Of a stretch of DNA of 64,000 nucleotides, positions 46,891 to 59,293 are shown piece after piece. A program made the position numbers and the translations under genes. The notes under the pieces are model-generated. The model saw only the letters and a list, made by a program, of their open reading frames with translations, made no database searches and was not told where the DNA came from. Origin of the DNA: Camelus dromedarius (taxonomy: Eukaryota); contig NC_087436.1 in the NCBI RefSeq assembly GCF_036321535.1, positions 80,168,001 through 80,232,000 of the forward strand, read 5' to 3'. The first letter of the stretch is position 1; every line of letters starts with the position of its first letter.

Positions 46891-49676
46891 CTATAAATGT
46901 GCTCTTAACTCCCGTTCGAAAGGAAAAAGAAAGAGAAAACAAACATCAAGAACAACAACAAAAAAGACATGTTCTCTTCTAGCAGGGCAGTTGAGTCTGG
47001 CTTTTCCAGGACTACCATTTTGTCAAGCCATTCCGGCCCCCATTCTTGTTCTTCTATTGGATGGTATGTCCATTCATATGGCATTCAATAACGGAAGAAT
47101 CATAAAAAATGGAAATAAGGGCAGAGCAGAAAACTTATGCAATTTAGTGCTCAGAAGTTTGTGGGCCAATTTGATTTGCTAATCCACAGTCTGTGCTTCT
47201 GGAGAGAAGAAGAAGGGGGAGTTCACAATCCACAAACCAATTTGTGTTGTTTCTGCAACACTGCAAAAGTGCGACTCATGAATATGCTAATAAAATTGCA
47301 ATGAGAGTTTTGGCACTATTTCATCACCTCAACTAGATTAGAGCGTAATAACACTATGGGTTTACACGTCTTCAGGAACTGCTGTGGTAGTAAAAAAAAA
47401 AAAAATTGGATCTGTGATATTTATAATGCAACAAAAATTACAACCATGCTACAATAAAATAATGATAAGTATTATATACGTAAGTAATAGTGTGCATCAC
47501 ACACACAACAGTTTACCTACCGTTACGGTTACTCAGTGCTTCCCATGTTTCTGTTTTCTGCTGTTAATGTGAGTCTGTATTTGTGAATGGGTTCATACCT
47601 CTGCCAATACTTCCAAAGATAGAGAAGAGATTAAAAAATGGAAATACTGGGGGGAACATTTTTATTGGCAAGGCAGGAGTCTCCTTTAGAAGCATTCAGC
47701 ACTTTCCTTTGATCATTAATTAGGCTTCTAAGAACAGAAGGACTGAAAAAAAATCTATTCTTACTTCTATATTCCAATTACTAATGTAATAGTCAAGTTA
47801 TGTTCTGGGACTCTGGGTCTGTCCATGGATTCAAGCCTACTTAAGAGTTCATGAATGCACTATTTTAAGCTAGTGATCTAGTCAACAGGTAGGGAACTGT
47901 ACAGAGACCTAAAGATTGAAGATTAACTGAAAAGTCTTCAACAGCTTCATTAAGTAACCCAAGCCACGAAGAGGCTTCTGAACATTTTTTCCAAATGGCA
48001 TCCAGAGTACCTAATTTGAACAATCAGCTCAGCTGATCCCCTTGAAATATCAGACATTATGCTCGGGACTCCAACTTCCCAGAGGATGTTCTTGTTAGGA
48101 GCTACAAGAAGTGTAAGAAGATATGGGAAATAAAAATCCATGGGCTCAAGGATGTGGAATCATCTGTGATCCCTAAGAATGAGGATGCTGCTAGTTCCAT
48201 AAACTAAGAGGATGCTGCTGATTTTCTCACAGTGTTTCACAGGCACATCATAAGAAAAATTGCTAGGGTTTCTTTTACATTTGTTCAATCAAGAGAGAAG
48301 AAATATTTTTCCAGATTAGTGAGTAACGACCTGATGTTTGTTAAGAGATATGCAGCCACTAAATACTCTTGTACACATTATCTCAAGTAATGCCGTCCAT
48401 CCATCAGTATGAAACCAGGTATCTACTTATTTATGATGTTACAGATCCCAAAATGATGAATTTGTAGGACTATTTATATAAAGCCTCTGTTCCTCTGGTG
48501 TGTCCACTCAGTTTACAACTTTCAAAACAACAACAACAAAATTGTGACCCACTCCAGTGACACTTTCAAGATATCCCTGATCCAGAATGCCTTCATTTGG
48601 AGAGCAATTAGGTACTGTTAAATAAAGAAGGCTATTTTGCTTACAAAGAAGTTTGCTGGGATCCAAGAAAAGGAAATAATTCACTCTGACTATATAGAAA
48701 TAGCACTTTCCATGGGCTTCTACATACTTATATTTGTGTGTGCATGTGTGTCTGTGTGTGTATAGGTATGTACATGAATACACACACACAATCATAGGAG
48801 AGAAAAGAAACAGCCACATTGGAAATTCTCTCTGAGGTGGTATGCACTGAGAGTGCTGTGTTCATTTCCACCCCAAACACACACCTGACTGCTTTGGTGA
48901 TATGGTGTCATAAGTAAGCTCTCGGTTGGGATTTAGGAGCCGAGTTCCAGTTTAAAGTTTGTTTGTTTGTTTTCAATTTGGTAAAGAATGACTCAGCAAT
49001 GTCAAAGATTCCTTCCAGCTCTAAAATTCTGCCTTCGCTTTGCCTGTAGAGACCCGGACTCTGTGACCATCAGCGCATTTCCTCGGATCTCATTTCACAC
49101 AGCTGTAAAACTGTCTTACGTAAGCTCTACCTATCTCACAGGGATAACTTAGGGGTGTGAGTGTTCCTGCTATATTTGGCAATCTGAAATATTGGAATAA
49201 TTATTAGATTAATTCAGGAAGTTTATAATCTAGATTAAAAGACATTTGGAAGAAAAAAAAAACACAGCACCAGAAAGGATTGTTTACAAGTAGGTTCACT
49301 TTTCTTTGTTCTCTCTTAGCCTATTTTCAGACCCATTTTCTTTGACCAAAGCCTTTGGTGGCTTGGTATCAAAATGACTTCAAAAAATGAAGATTGAAAA
49401 TTAAAACTAAAAAAACTACTGAAGGTGAGATAGTAGTCTGGAGTGAAAAGTAATATAGAAAAATTCAAGTATATGAAAGAATAGAGTTATTTTAATTTAT
49501 ATATCTATAAAGGAAACTGAAAGATTTCATTAAAAAGTCAGGAACTTTTAGTTCTAGCTAGATTTTAAATAAGTAGCAGATTTTTATTCTAATTAAGTAA
49601 CACTTTCTGAAAAGCAGAGAGTGTAAATAAATGTGATTTGATTTAATATGACCATCTAGAATATTTATACAATGTT

Positions 49677-49822
49677 ACGGTTCTTATACTCTTTTGGTGT
49701 GAACCCCTTTGAGAATATAATGAAAGCTATGGACCCTCCCTCTAGAAAAATACACACGCAGGCAATTTTGCATATAAATTCAGGACCCTACTGGGCCATG
49801 GACCACAGGTTAATAAGTCCTG
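49677..49822 (-). mobile_element. hAT-Charlie MITE (MER117-like)
   Basis: 'cccctttgagaatataatgaaagctatggaccctccctctagaaaaatacacacg...ccatggaccacaggttaataagtcctg'. Confidence 0.65.
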
Positions 49823-50539
49823 ATTTACAATGTTACAGGCCTGTTTATAAAGTACCAGGGCTCTTGGATCAGAAGAGTCTGAATTTGTAGAGTTATTTAC
49901 ATAAATTTGCATACTCTATTCAATCTGCTCTACCTCCATGTTTATAAAATAAATTATTTAGTCTAACCTACTACGATAGTATTCAAATTCAGTATCAGTG
50001 ACATGGTACACATAAAATCCTTTAGCAGATTTTTAAGCCAATCAATTTAATCACATCTCACAACCAAGGCATAGCCAGGAACACTTTGGCCAGAATGAAG
50101 ATTGTTGCCTCATGGGTTTTCATGCACTGAAGCCAAGCACAGCCTATCTTGGTGTTACCACAAAAATGTCACAGCCCCTTCCTGATGTTGCCTGTACCCC
50201 GTGTAGCCGCAGAATGTGATGAAACTGCCCCTGGTAGTTTATTTACTAACCATCAAAGCTATTCTTTCATTACTTTCAGAATGTAATGGTTATTTTATGA
50301 AGACTCATTAAATTTAATGAGATACAGCCGTGTTTATTGCTATCCTATAAAAGGAGGTGGGGGGACCCATCTTCAAACTGACTCTTGCTTCTGTGGAGTA
50401 CCAAAAATAAAATGTCAGCCATTGTATTGTGCTCAGAGCAAGGCGCTTCAGAATTCAGAAGTCATTCCCAAGGGTCGAAGTTGATTAGGGTCATTATGGC
50501 CAGTGTTGTTCTTATGATAACCTGGCTTTATTAACAATA

Positions 50540-51995
50540 ACAGCAAACTCATATAACTCAATAGCAAAAATACAAATAATCTGATTTTAAAATGGGCAGA
50601 GGATGTGAATAGACACTTTTCCAAAGAAGACATATAAGTAGCCAATAGGCATATGAGAAGGTGCTCAACAACACTAGCCATTAGGGAAATGGTAGTCAAA
50701 ACCACACTGAGAAATTAACTCACATCTGGAGAAGGCTATCGTCAAAAAGACAGAGAGAAGAATTGGTGAGGATGTGGAGAAAAGGGGACTTGCGCACTGT
50801 TGTTGAGAATGTAAATTAATGCAGCCACTGGGGGAAACAGTATGTATGTTTTCAAAAACTTAAAAACAGAGCTACCACATGATCCAGCAATCCCACTTCT
50901 GCATATGTGTCTAAAGGAAATGAAAGCAAGATATCAAAGAGATATCTGCACCCCCACGTTCGTTGCAGTGCATTATTCACAACAGCTAAGACATGGAAAC
51001 AACCTAAGTGTCCATCAACGAATGAATGGGTAAAGAGAATGTGAGAGAGAGAGAGAGAATGTTATTCAGTCATAACAAAGAAAGGAATCCTGCCGTTTGC
51101 AACACCATGGTTGGACCTTGAGGGCATTATGCTAAGTGAAATAAGTCAGAGAGAGAAAGACAAATTCTGTAGGATTTCATTTACATGTGGATCTCAAAAA
51201 GCAGAACTCTTAGAAACAAAGAACAGATTGGTTGGTAACTGTAAGGGGCTAGGTGGTGGGTGTAGGCCCCCGACTGTGGGAACAAGGGAAGGAGCCTTGG
51301 GCTAGAACGGTAAACAAGTTATAAAAAGCTGCAGACTCAGAGGTGAGAAGGCTGGTTAGCCAAGGATGGGTAAGATCCCCAGAGGGGGGCAACCTAAGAC
51401 AGGCACAACCGCCTGAGTCCAAAAAGAATATTGTGAAGCAGCCGTTTCTTACATTCCGCCCTGATAAGCTGTAAGGCTCGCTGGTGCCAACACGAACATG
51501 ATTTACCAAAACATAAAGGGTCTTCTGACCTTGAGCCAGACGCTGCCTGTTAACCATTTCCCTTGTCATTCTTCTTTGCTATATAAGACTTTGCAACTTA
51601 ATAAAGCTTCAGAGTAGCCATCAGCTCTCTCCGCATACGGTGTGTAAGTGTACATGGTATCGCGACACCGACAGTGGGGAAATGGGAAGATGATTAAAAG
51701 GAACAAACTTTCAGTTATAAGATGAATAAGTTCTGGGGAATCTAATGTACAGTACGGTGACTATAGCTAACAACACTGCATTGTATACTTAAAAGTTGGT
51801 AAAAGAGTAAATCTTAAATGTTCTTATCAAAAGAACAACAAAAAATGGTAATTATGTAAAGTGAAGAATGTGCTAACTAATCTTATTGTGGTAATCATTT
51901 CACAATGCATACGTATATGAAAGCAGCACACTGTACACCTTACACTTAAGTGATGTTATGTAAATTATATCTCAATAATGCCGGGAAAAAAACAG
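50540..51995 (+). mobile_element. 5'-truncated L1 (ORF2 C-terminus + 3' UTR) interrupted by an LTR
   Basis: ORF 50842-51033 'LKTELPHDPAIPLL...RDICTPTF'; 3' UTR ends 'taaattatatctcaataatgccgggaaaaaa'. Confidence 0.9.
51261..51673 (+). mobile_element. Relatively young solo LTR (413 bp)
   Basis: TGT...ACA termini; TSD gtggg at 51256-51260 and 51674-51678; TATATAA 51580-51586; AATAAA 51600-51605; CpGs retained. Confidence 0.85.
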
Positions 51996-52004
51996 AAACA
52001 GCAA

Positions 52005-52112
52005 TAGTCACAGTAATAATAACATCAATAATAACAACAGCTACCAATTACTATACCCTTACTTCATGCCAAGCATTATTGTAGGTACATTACATATTAT
52101 CTCACTTAATTT
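52005..52112 (-). mobile_element. MIR 3' fragment
   Basis: 'aataacaacagctaccaattactatacccttacttcatgccaagcattattgtaggtacattacatattatctcacttaat'. Confidence 0.65.
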
Positions 52113-53604
52113 TGCTATGCCATTGGTCATAAAGCCAGAAGATGCTACATTTCCATCTGGAGATTCACTACAGTCTAAAGGTTGCAAGACAGGACATGAT
52201 GTCTCATAAAAGCCCTAGAGGAAAGGCCAAAGAGTTGGCCTAGGTCCCAAATTAGAACGAGGAGAAAAGCTAAGAAGGGTTTTCCAGATCCACCGTCACG
52301 GGCAAGTTCTGCCTTGAGATTTTATGGCCAGATTTCACAACTGGAGCATCTTGCCTTGGAGTTCACCTAAAGCAGGAGCATTCAGTCTGCCCACAGTGAT
52401 CATGAGCTGAAAAGTCCTGACCAAGAACCACTTAAATAGAGTCCGAACACATAGAATTTGGAAATAGGATTTGCTGCCTCTGTGGTACATCAGGGTGGAG
52501 TTGGACTCTTGAGTTCTCGGCAGTGGTTGGGAGACCATAAATTGTACATGGCAGCCCTCAGAGTAGACTTTAGGTATTATTATATTTAATACATGAGAGT
52601 TAAATTCTATGTTGGAAACTATGGTAACTCTAGAATCTGAGGAATGGGTATATTCATTAAATTATCATAATTTTGTCATTCAAAAAGGAAAATTCCCCAT
52701 GGGCCCCAACAATAAACCATTTGTCTGACTTACCTTGTCTCCTTTTACGAATTCTTTCTTTTTAACTCTGTCCCAGAGGACGTCCAGCTGCACACATAAG
52801 TTTATGAGAAGATCATCTCTGCAATCTGTGGCCTGCAAATGTCCCAGAATTACATTTCAGAGACCAAACAGAAAAATAATATGGATGAAGAAAGACTACG
52901 GCAGAATGTGTATTTTTCCCTTCAAACTATTTAGTCCAGTCTACTTGGGAAAGCAGGTTAATAACTGGATAAAACAATTAGAAAACAATACAGTGCCAAG
53001 GTACAGTTCTGAATAACAAATCCTCCCAGACTCCAGGAAAAGTAACTCTAAAGAGGGATGGTTACCCGAAATGTTCTAACTATTCCTAAGTCACGATGAA
53101 AGTTACCAGGGTTTGTCTGAGGAGCATCCATGTGAACTAACATGATGTAATTAACAGTCCGTCAGTCAATTTATTAGGAAAGAAGTTTCTTTCTAGAAAC
53201 AACAGAGTCCTATAAGAAACTGTCCCTTGGACAGTTGGAGAGTGCAAATCTTTTTCTTCAGGGGCATAAGGAATTATTAAGTAAAGCACTTGTCCTGGGC
53301 ACTAATAGGCATCCTGCTGTCTACTCTTACATTTCACTTAGTTGCCAAAAAGAACTTCCTAATTTGCAAAGATCAGGCAGGCCATTTACACTTGGTAATG
53401 TTTATTGTCATACACACTATGGGACAGTTTGCACTAAAAAACACTGATTTAACATCATACTTCATACTTTTTTATTGAGGCGTTGTATGAGGTAAGCACA
53501 AAAGTTCATTGTTCTTGGAACTGACATAGCTACTTCTATCACGTTAAACTATATGAAAAACAAAAGGGGCAAATTAAGATATGAAAGAGCTTATGTGTTT
53601 TAAA

Positions 53605-53872
53605 TGATGCGTAATATATTTTATGAAGGCAGCAGTTAAGTTTAGAGTCAGAATTTGAATACAGATTAATACTTCTGTTAATCTTGTTCAAGGAAGTAAC
53701 CTCTCTGAGCCTCAGTATACTCATCTGTAAAATGGGAATAGTAGTAATAATATCTTCTTCCTAGGGTTATTGAGAGGATTATATGAGATGACGTAAAGTA
53801 TGTGAGATGTGTAAAGTACATTACATTGTGCCTGGTACACAGTAAGCACCCAATAAATGACAAATATTACTA
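53605..53872 (+). mobile_element. MIR SINE, near full length
   Basis: 'aacctctctgagcctcagtatactcatctgtaaaatgggaata...gtgcctggtacacagtaagcacccaataaatg'. Confidence 0.9.
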
Positions 53873-55249
53873 AAATTTGGGAAGGAAATCTTAGAAATTA
53901 TATTTACGGAGAGTTATTTTTACCATTCTAAGAAATGAGCTCGAATCTTTAAGGAAAGCTTAAAAGGTAAAGTAAGCTTGTCTATGCTTTTTAAATGAAG
54001 TTGAGTAAAAGTCTATTCCTGTTTTAATGCAGTGATCTAATTAACCTTTTGCCAGTATTAAAATGACCTTGAGTTGGTTCCGTGACCTCAACTGTTTCAT
54101 GTTGTTGACTTTACACAGGCTTTTTGGGATGGTCAGAAATAGCATCTGGTGAGATGGGCAAAAGGTCAAATTCATTTACTTTGTAATAAATACCAAATAT
54201 ATTTTACATTAGCTGCTTACAAATAGGAAGAAATGCATAAAATTCATTTATTAAAGTAAGAGGGTAAGATATTACATAAGGAATTTAGAATGAGTCAAAA
54301 AATTCCAAAAAGGAGCCAACATTGATTTTTGGTCTCAAGCCACTTATTTTATATCAAGGAGTGATTAAATTATTCATTTTTATAAACTAAAGAAATACAT
54401 TTCCAGCTAACATTAAAATGAAGTAAAGATGAATCTAATTAAACAACACTGATTTATCATCATAAACATTCCTGTCTCAGGCAGAGAAATCACTGAGCTC
54501 TAGTGAAAGGGAAAAGATAAATGTAGCCTGTGGAAATGTCAGAACTGTAGAACTATATGATTTCTAAAACTCTTCCTTGTTTTACAAATGTTTATGCTTC
54601 AAAAACCAAAACTCTAGTGGCATCTTCCACGTTATCCGCAAACTCTGTGGTGAATGACTCAAAAATAGCTCATTTTATCAACAGACCATGTGGGGAAAGT
54701 TAGTTTCAAAAAAGAATCCCAACCGTGAATAATATTCACTGTTTAACCAAAACCAGTAATCATAACCACATCTGATTTTTGTACCTCTTATTGAAATCTT
54801 AATGGGGTTTTTTTCTGACTATTTGTAGAACAAGTTTCTTTCTATTCATATACCTCTAAGCTGAGTTTCATTGGTATGTAATAATCGTAATGACTCTTGA
54901 TACAGCAGAAGTAGACATATCTTTTTATTTATAAATTCCATTCATCAACTTCATGTCCATTTCTGTTTCAAAAGGAGGGCATGAAAGCATTCAAAGATAC
55001 TGAGAATATGGATGCAGCCTAGAGTCTTTTCCAAAATGAAATCAAATTGAAATGCCTGCCTATCCAGCATTGTTAAGAAAGATCTGTAAAGCATCTCCTT
55101 ATTGGAAATATAGCCAGCTTCTCCCTCTTCCTTGTAATAACTGTTAAGCTATTTAGTCAATATTTGGCTTCTGTGCTTAGTTACAGATTATACAGAAGCA
55201 CTTTTTACCTCGAGTGATCATGCAGGGCCATCACTTGCCTCATACTCCT

Positions 55250-56470
55250 GTAGGCTCAAATGTTTACCTCGCCAGCAGGCTCATTCAGTTACCATTTATA
55301 TCAGTTATCAGCTACAAACTGATCATTCCACTCCCTCCATTATTAATTTTTTTATTGCCCTTCAGATCATGCCCCATTTTTCAAGTGGTGTTTCACAGCC
55401 TAAATCATTTCTTCCTGCAAAAATATCCAGCCATAAATACCAACAATTTGTAGTACATTATCATTTGTAATGTCCCAATTATTTTACATAATCAATAACA
55501 TCAAGTCTCTTTTCTTGGGGACTTTGTGTTTATTTACATTTTATTCTACACACGTCAGTTTCCATCAAGAGCAAAACCGATTTTCTTTTCCTGCATCTGC
55601 TCTCAAGACAACCTTAATTCACCATAAATCTATTTGTGTTCACTACATAGTTAGACCCAGTTGGTTATGTTGATATAATCCCGGGGCCAAACATGTCTTG
55701 CTCTGCAAAACAGTGCTTAAGTGTAACTTGAAATGCTAGCCTGATGCTGACCACGGTGACTAGAGGTGGCGTTTTATTTCATTGTTGTTATTTTTGCAGA
55801 GGTCTCTGTTTATGATGTGATGCATTTGGGTCTAAGCACATTAGCTGCATTATTCATTGGGTACATTTGTCAGAACATGCATGTGTATAAAGAACTAATG
55901 ATCCATATTAAATTAATGGCGCTATAAAAAAGAAAAATACTCCATACAAGCAGCTATGTCAGAAACTACAGACTTTGATAAACCATAGAAAGGACCTAAT
56001 CAGATGAAGCATTGGACTGTTCTGTCTCCAAAATTACATTTCTAGAAATGTACTTGTACACAATGTTGGTTTTATTAAAACAAATTAATTCAGTCATTAA
56101 GGAATCATAAGGCAAGTGTCTCATAAGTCAGGACCTCCAGTGTAACAAATTGATTAAATGACTGTGTAATAGTCTCTTTAAACAAATCTAGTGTAACAAG
56201 TTAATAGATCTGCTCAATTACCATGCTGGGGTGATGAGGATGTGGGCGACTCTCTCATTAAATCTGGGAGATTGTTCTTAAGAGTTTTTTCCCCTTTTCT
56301 CTCTATTTTTCTGTGAGAGCTCTGTTGTGTTTTGGATTTGAGGTTTATTTTTAGGCCTCTAGACGTTGATTGTTCTAATGGAATTAAAAATAAAAAACTG
56401 AATTTGCTGCTGCTGACTTCTCTATTAGATTTGTCAGCGGCTGCTTTCAGTTGGGCTTGATAGCTCTCTC
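55250..56470. promoter_or_regulatory. Candidate cluster of conserved non-coding elements
   Basis: Repeat-free and dense in TAAT, CCATAAA and AATCAATA motifs; lies just upstream of CpG-rich DNA. Confidence 0.5.
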
Positions 56471-56515
56471 TCTCTTTCTCTCTCTCTCTCCCCTTCCTCC
56501 CTCCCTCCTTCTCCT
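56463..56515. repeat. (TC)n / CT-rich tract
   Basis: Directly visible. Confidence 0.85.
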
Positions 56516-57229
56516 GACCCCACCTCAAACCTTTGCGTTGGGCGTTGGTGAAGGCATACAGGGCTCCCCACACCATCCCCTGTAATCGGTACAAAAAATA
56601 GCGAAGGCCCTCCGGGGTCAACCTAGATAGGGCTTGTCCTGGTTTAGCAAAATTTACAGCAAAGCGTTCAAACCAGGAAAACTGGCGGGCGCCCTGCGGG
56701 AAGGGAGGGAGAAAGGGGTGGAGCGGGCAGAGGTCACTACGTTTCTTCTGAGTCGGGAGTTTAAAGGAAATGTCCGTACTATTTAGCCATGGATTGATTT
56801 CATAGAAAGTTTTTCTCCAGGCTTCTACACGTGAGGAGGAAATTTACCAGAAAGTCCCCGGGCCTTCCTGGGCCCTGTTCATTTCTTCTTAATTTTCCTA
56901 CAAGGTGGGGAAGAACATCTCATAAAGTACTCCGAGGTGGGGGGTGGGGCTCCCGGTCGTGTTAGCTTGCACCGAGACTTGGCCTGGGGGCGGGGAGGGG
57001 GGGGCGAAGGAGGGACGAGGTGGGGAGATTAGAAGGCAGACAATGGTTTGAACTATACAGCCTAACTGACTTTTCTCTCTGGTGAATGTTGAAATCCTCA
57101 AAGCAAAAGATGAGGCCAGACAGGACCTCTGAAAGCTTTTCCTCTCTTAACTCCTAAAGGCCATCTAGGGTGAGTTCTGGGCTTGGGACAGGGCAGAGTA
57201 ACTTCGAGGCTCTTGCGTTTTCCGAGGTG

Positions 57230-57620
57230 TTGATGCCCATGACACCCTCCTGCAAAGGCTCTGGGAGAAAAATCTATTACCCCGCTGCCATTTTGTTAAG
57301 TGTTTGCTCCTGCGATGTGACCCTGCCACTTTATCTGTTGGTTTTTATTTTCTGAGTGCATGTTGCCCATATGTTACTCTAATAGTTGCTATAATTCTTG
57401 AGCAATGGGGCTCGTATTTTACGGGCCTGAATTAAAAAGAATGCACTTTAATAAAAACCTGAGCAATACACTAATGGCCTGACATTGATGTATTTGCATA
57501 GAGATGAATTATACGGGCCTGCTTGACACGAGTTTTAATAAATGATTGAGGAGGTTATTATAGGGATGCACTTTGGTGTGTGTTAACAGGTTATTTTAGT
57601 GCATCCGTAGCCAAAACTGA
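57230..57620. promoter_or_regulatory. Candidate enhancer with repeated motifs
   Basis: tacgggcctg twice (57420-57429, 57512-57521), ATTTGCAT 57492-57499, tttaataaa twice. Confidence 0.5.
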
Positions 57621-58504
57621 GAGCAATACAGTCCCGCATACAGTTGGAGGGTACTTTTTGTATTATATCTTGTGACATTTATTGGGACAGCTCAGTCCCC
57701 AAATTACAGTCACAAACTACATTTTATCAACCATTAATACGTTCACCGTGAATGGAATGGGAAAATGAAAAATGAAGCCGCTCCCTCCCCCATATACTCC
57801 CTCCCGTACTGGCCATCAAGGTAGTCAATAATGAGCGTTTGATACCAGGAACCCTCACTTCTGAAGTCACAGAGCTAGTTATGCTCAACTAGAACCGGCT
57901 GAACAAGCAGCCGCTCTACTGAGAACCACACAGCGAACTGCTGCTGAGCAGGGGCCATGAGAAACTACCAAGTGAGAAATCGTCAGCGTTTGTGGATGAC
58001 TCGGGAAACAGCCCCCCACCCGAGTCTGTGGGCAAGGGACCCACGAACGTCTCTCTGAGCCCAGAAATTCAAGAGCTTGGACACTTCACAGATAAGGCAC
58101 CCAGGAGGTTATATTCAAATACCTGCTTGCATGCGCATCCTTTTGTCCCGCTTGAATTTCTTTTCACCAGGTACGCGTACTACCTAGTAAAATGTAACTA
58201 AACAAAAAATGTACTCGTAACTGCGGGCGGCCCTGCCTACCTTCCCTGTCTCTGGAAGAACGGCTCAAACGCGCTCTTCGGCGGTGTTTACGAGCCGGGG
58301 TGCCGGCAGCGCGCGGGCCACAGCGCCCCATTCCTGCGCCCGCAGCGCGCCGCCGCCGCGCCGCGCCCTTCCACCCGCACCCAGCCGGCGCGCTCGGCGA
58401 CAGGGGTGCGCGCGCAAACCTTTCTCTGGAGCGAACGTGGAGGGTGGAGGAAAGGGCCCCATACGAGCCTAGTGGTGGTGGGGAAAGAATAAAGGTCGGA
58501 GGTG

Positions 58505-58556
58505 GGTGCGGCAGGGCGTGAGAGGCCGCGGTGCGGCAGGGCGTGAGAGGCCGCGG
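58505..58556. repeat. Perfect 25-bp tandem duplication
   Basis: ggtgcggcagggcgtgagaggccgc at 58505-58529 and 58530-58554. Confidence 0.95.
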
Positions 58557-59279
58557 CACGCCCTAGCGGTGCCCTTCCGCGAGGGGCATCTTCGATCTCG
58601 ATAATCCTTCATGACTGTCAGGGGCCCTTCTTCCCTGGCGCCGCGCCGGAGTGTGGTGCGTACCTGCCGCGCGACACCCGCCGCCTCGGCTTCCAGCCTC
58701 TACCCGAACAGATGTTTTCGTCCCTCGAGGAGATTTGTAACTGATGTTCGGGACAGCTGGTGGACGGCGCTGGCAACCTGTGTCTGTTCTAGAACATACC
58801 TGGTGGGAGCTGCAGGGAAGAGGGGAGAGGCAGTACTGAGGGGAGAATCGGTAGGAGAAGATCAGGAGTGTGTGTGAGAGAGAATTTTGTACACACCTGA
58901 GCACATACTTCTCTAAATATATCATTTAATAGCGTTTTTTATAATGGTGAAGTCCAGCATGGCTGCGGTGGACTTAACGGTTTCCTCGTGTTAAGCAAGG
59001 AGAAAAGACAGGAAACGCGGAAGCGAGCGTGGTGCGCCTAGAAGGTCTGTGTGCAGGAGCTCAGGGAAGAGGGCCCGTCACAAATTGCACACGTGACGTC
59101 TACTGCCCCCGCACTGCAGCTCCGCGACCTGGGGAGGCCCAGAAGGGGGACCATTCCCCAGGCAGGCGGCAGCAAAGGCGCGGTACGCAGACCACGCCAG
59201 AGGCGCAGACTAACCCGGGACCGAGAGGAGCGCGGCCAACACGCCCGGAACGCGCATGGACGTCGGGGTCCTCGCCATG

Positions 59280-59293
59280 CCTGCAGGGGGCGC
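59280..59293 (+). promoter_or_regulatory. CTCF core motif
   Basis: CCTGCAGGGGGCGC fits the core consensus CC(A/T)(G/C)(C/T)AG(A/G)(G/T)GGCGC. Confidence 0.6.

Noticed and set aside
48181..48220. 12-bp direct repeat gaggatgctgct
   Set aside because: Only two copies with a short non-poly(A) spacer; most simply a local duplication, not an array.
52130..52590. GC-elevated block that might be an old LTR
   Set aside because: I found no clear termini, TSD or consensus match.
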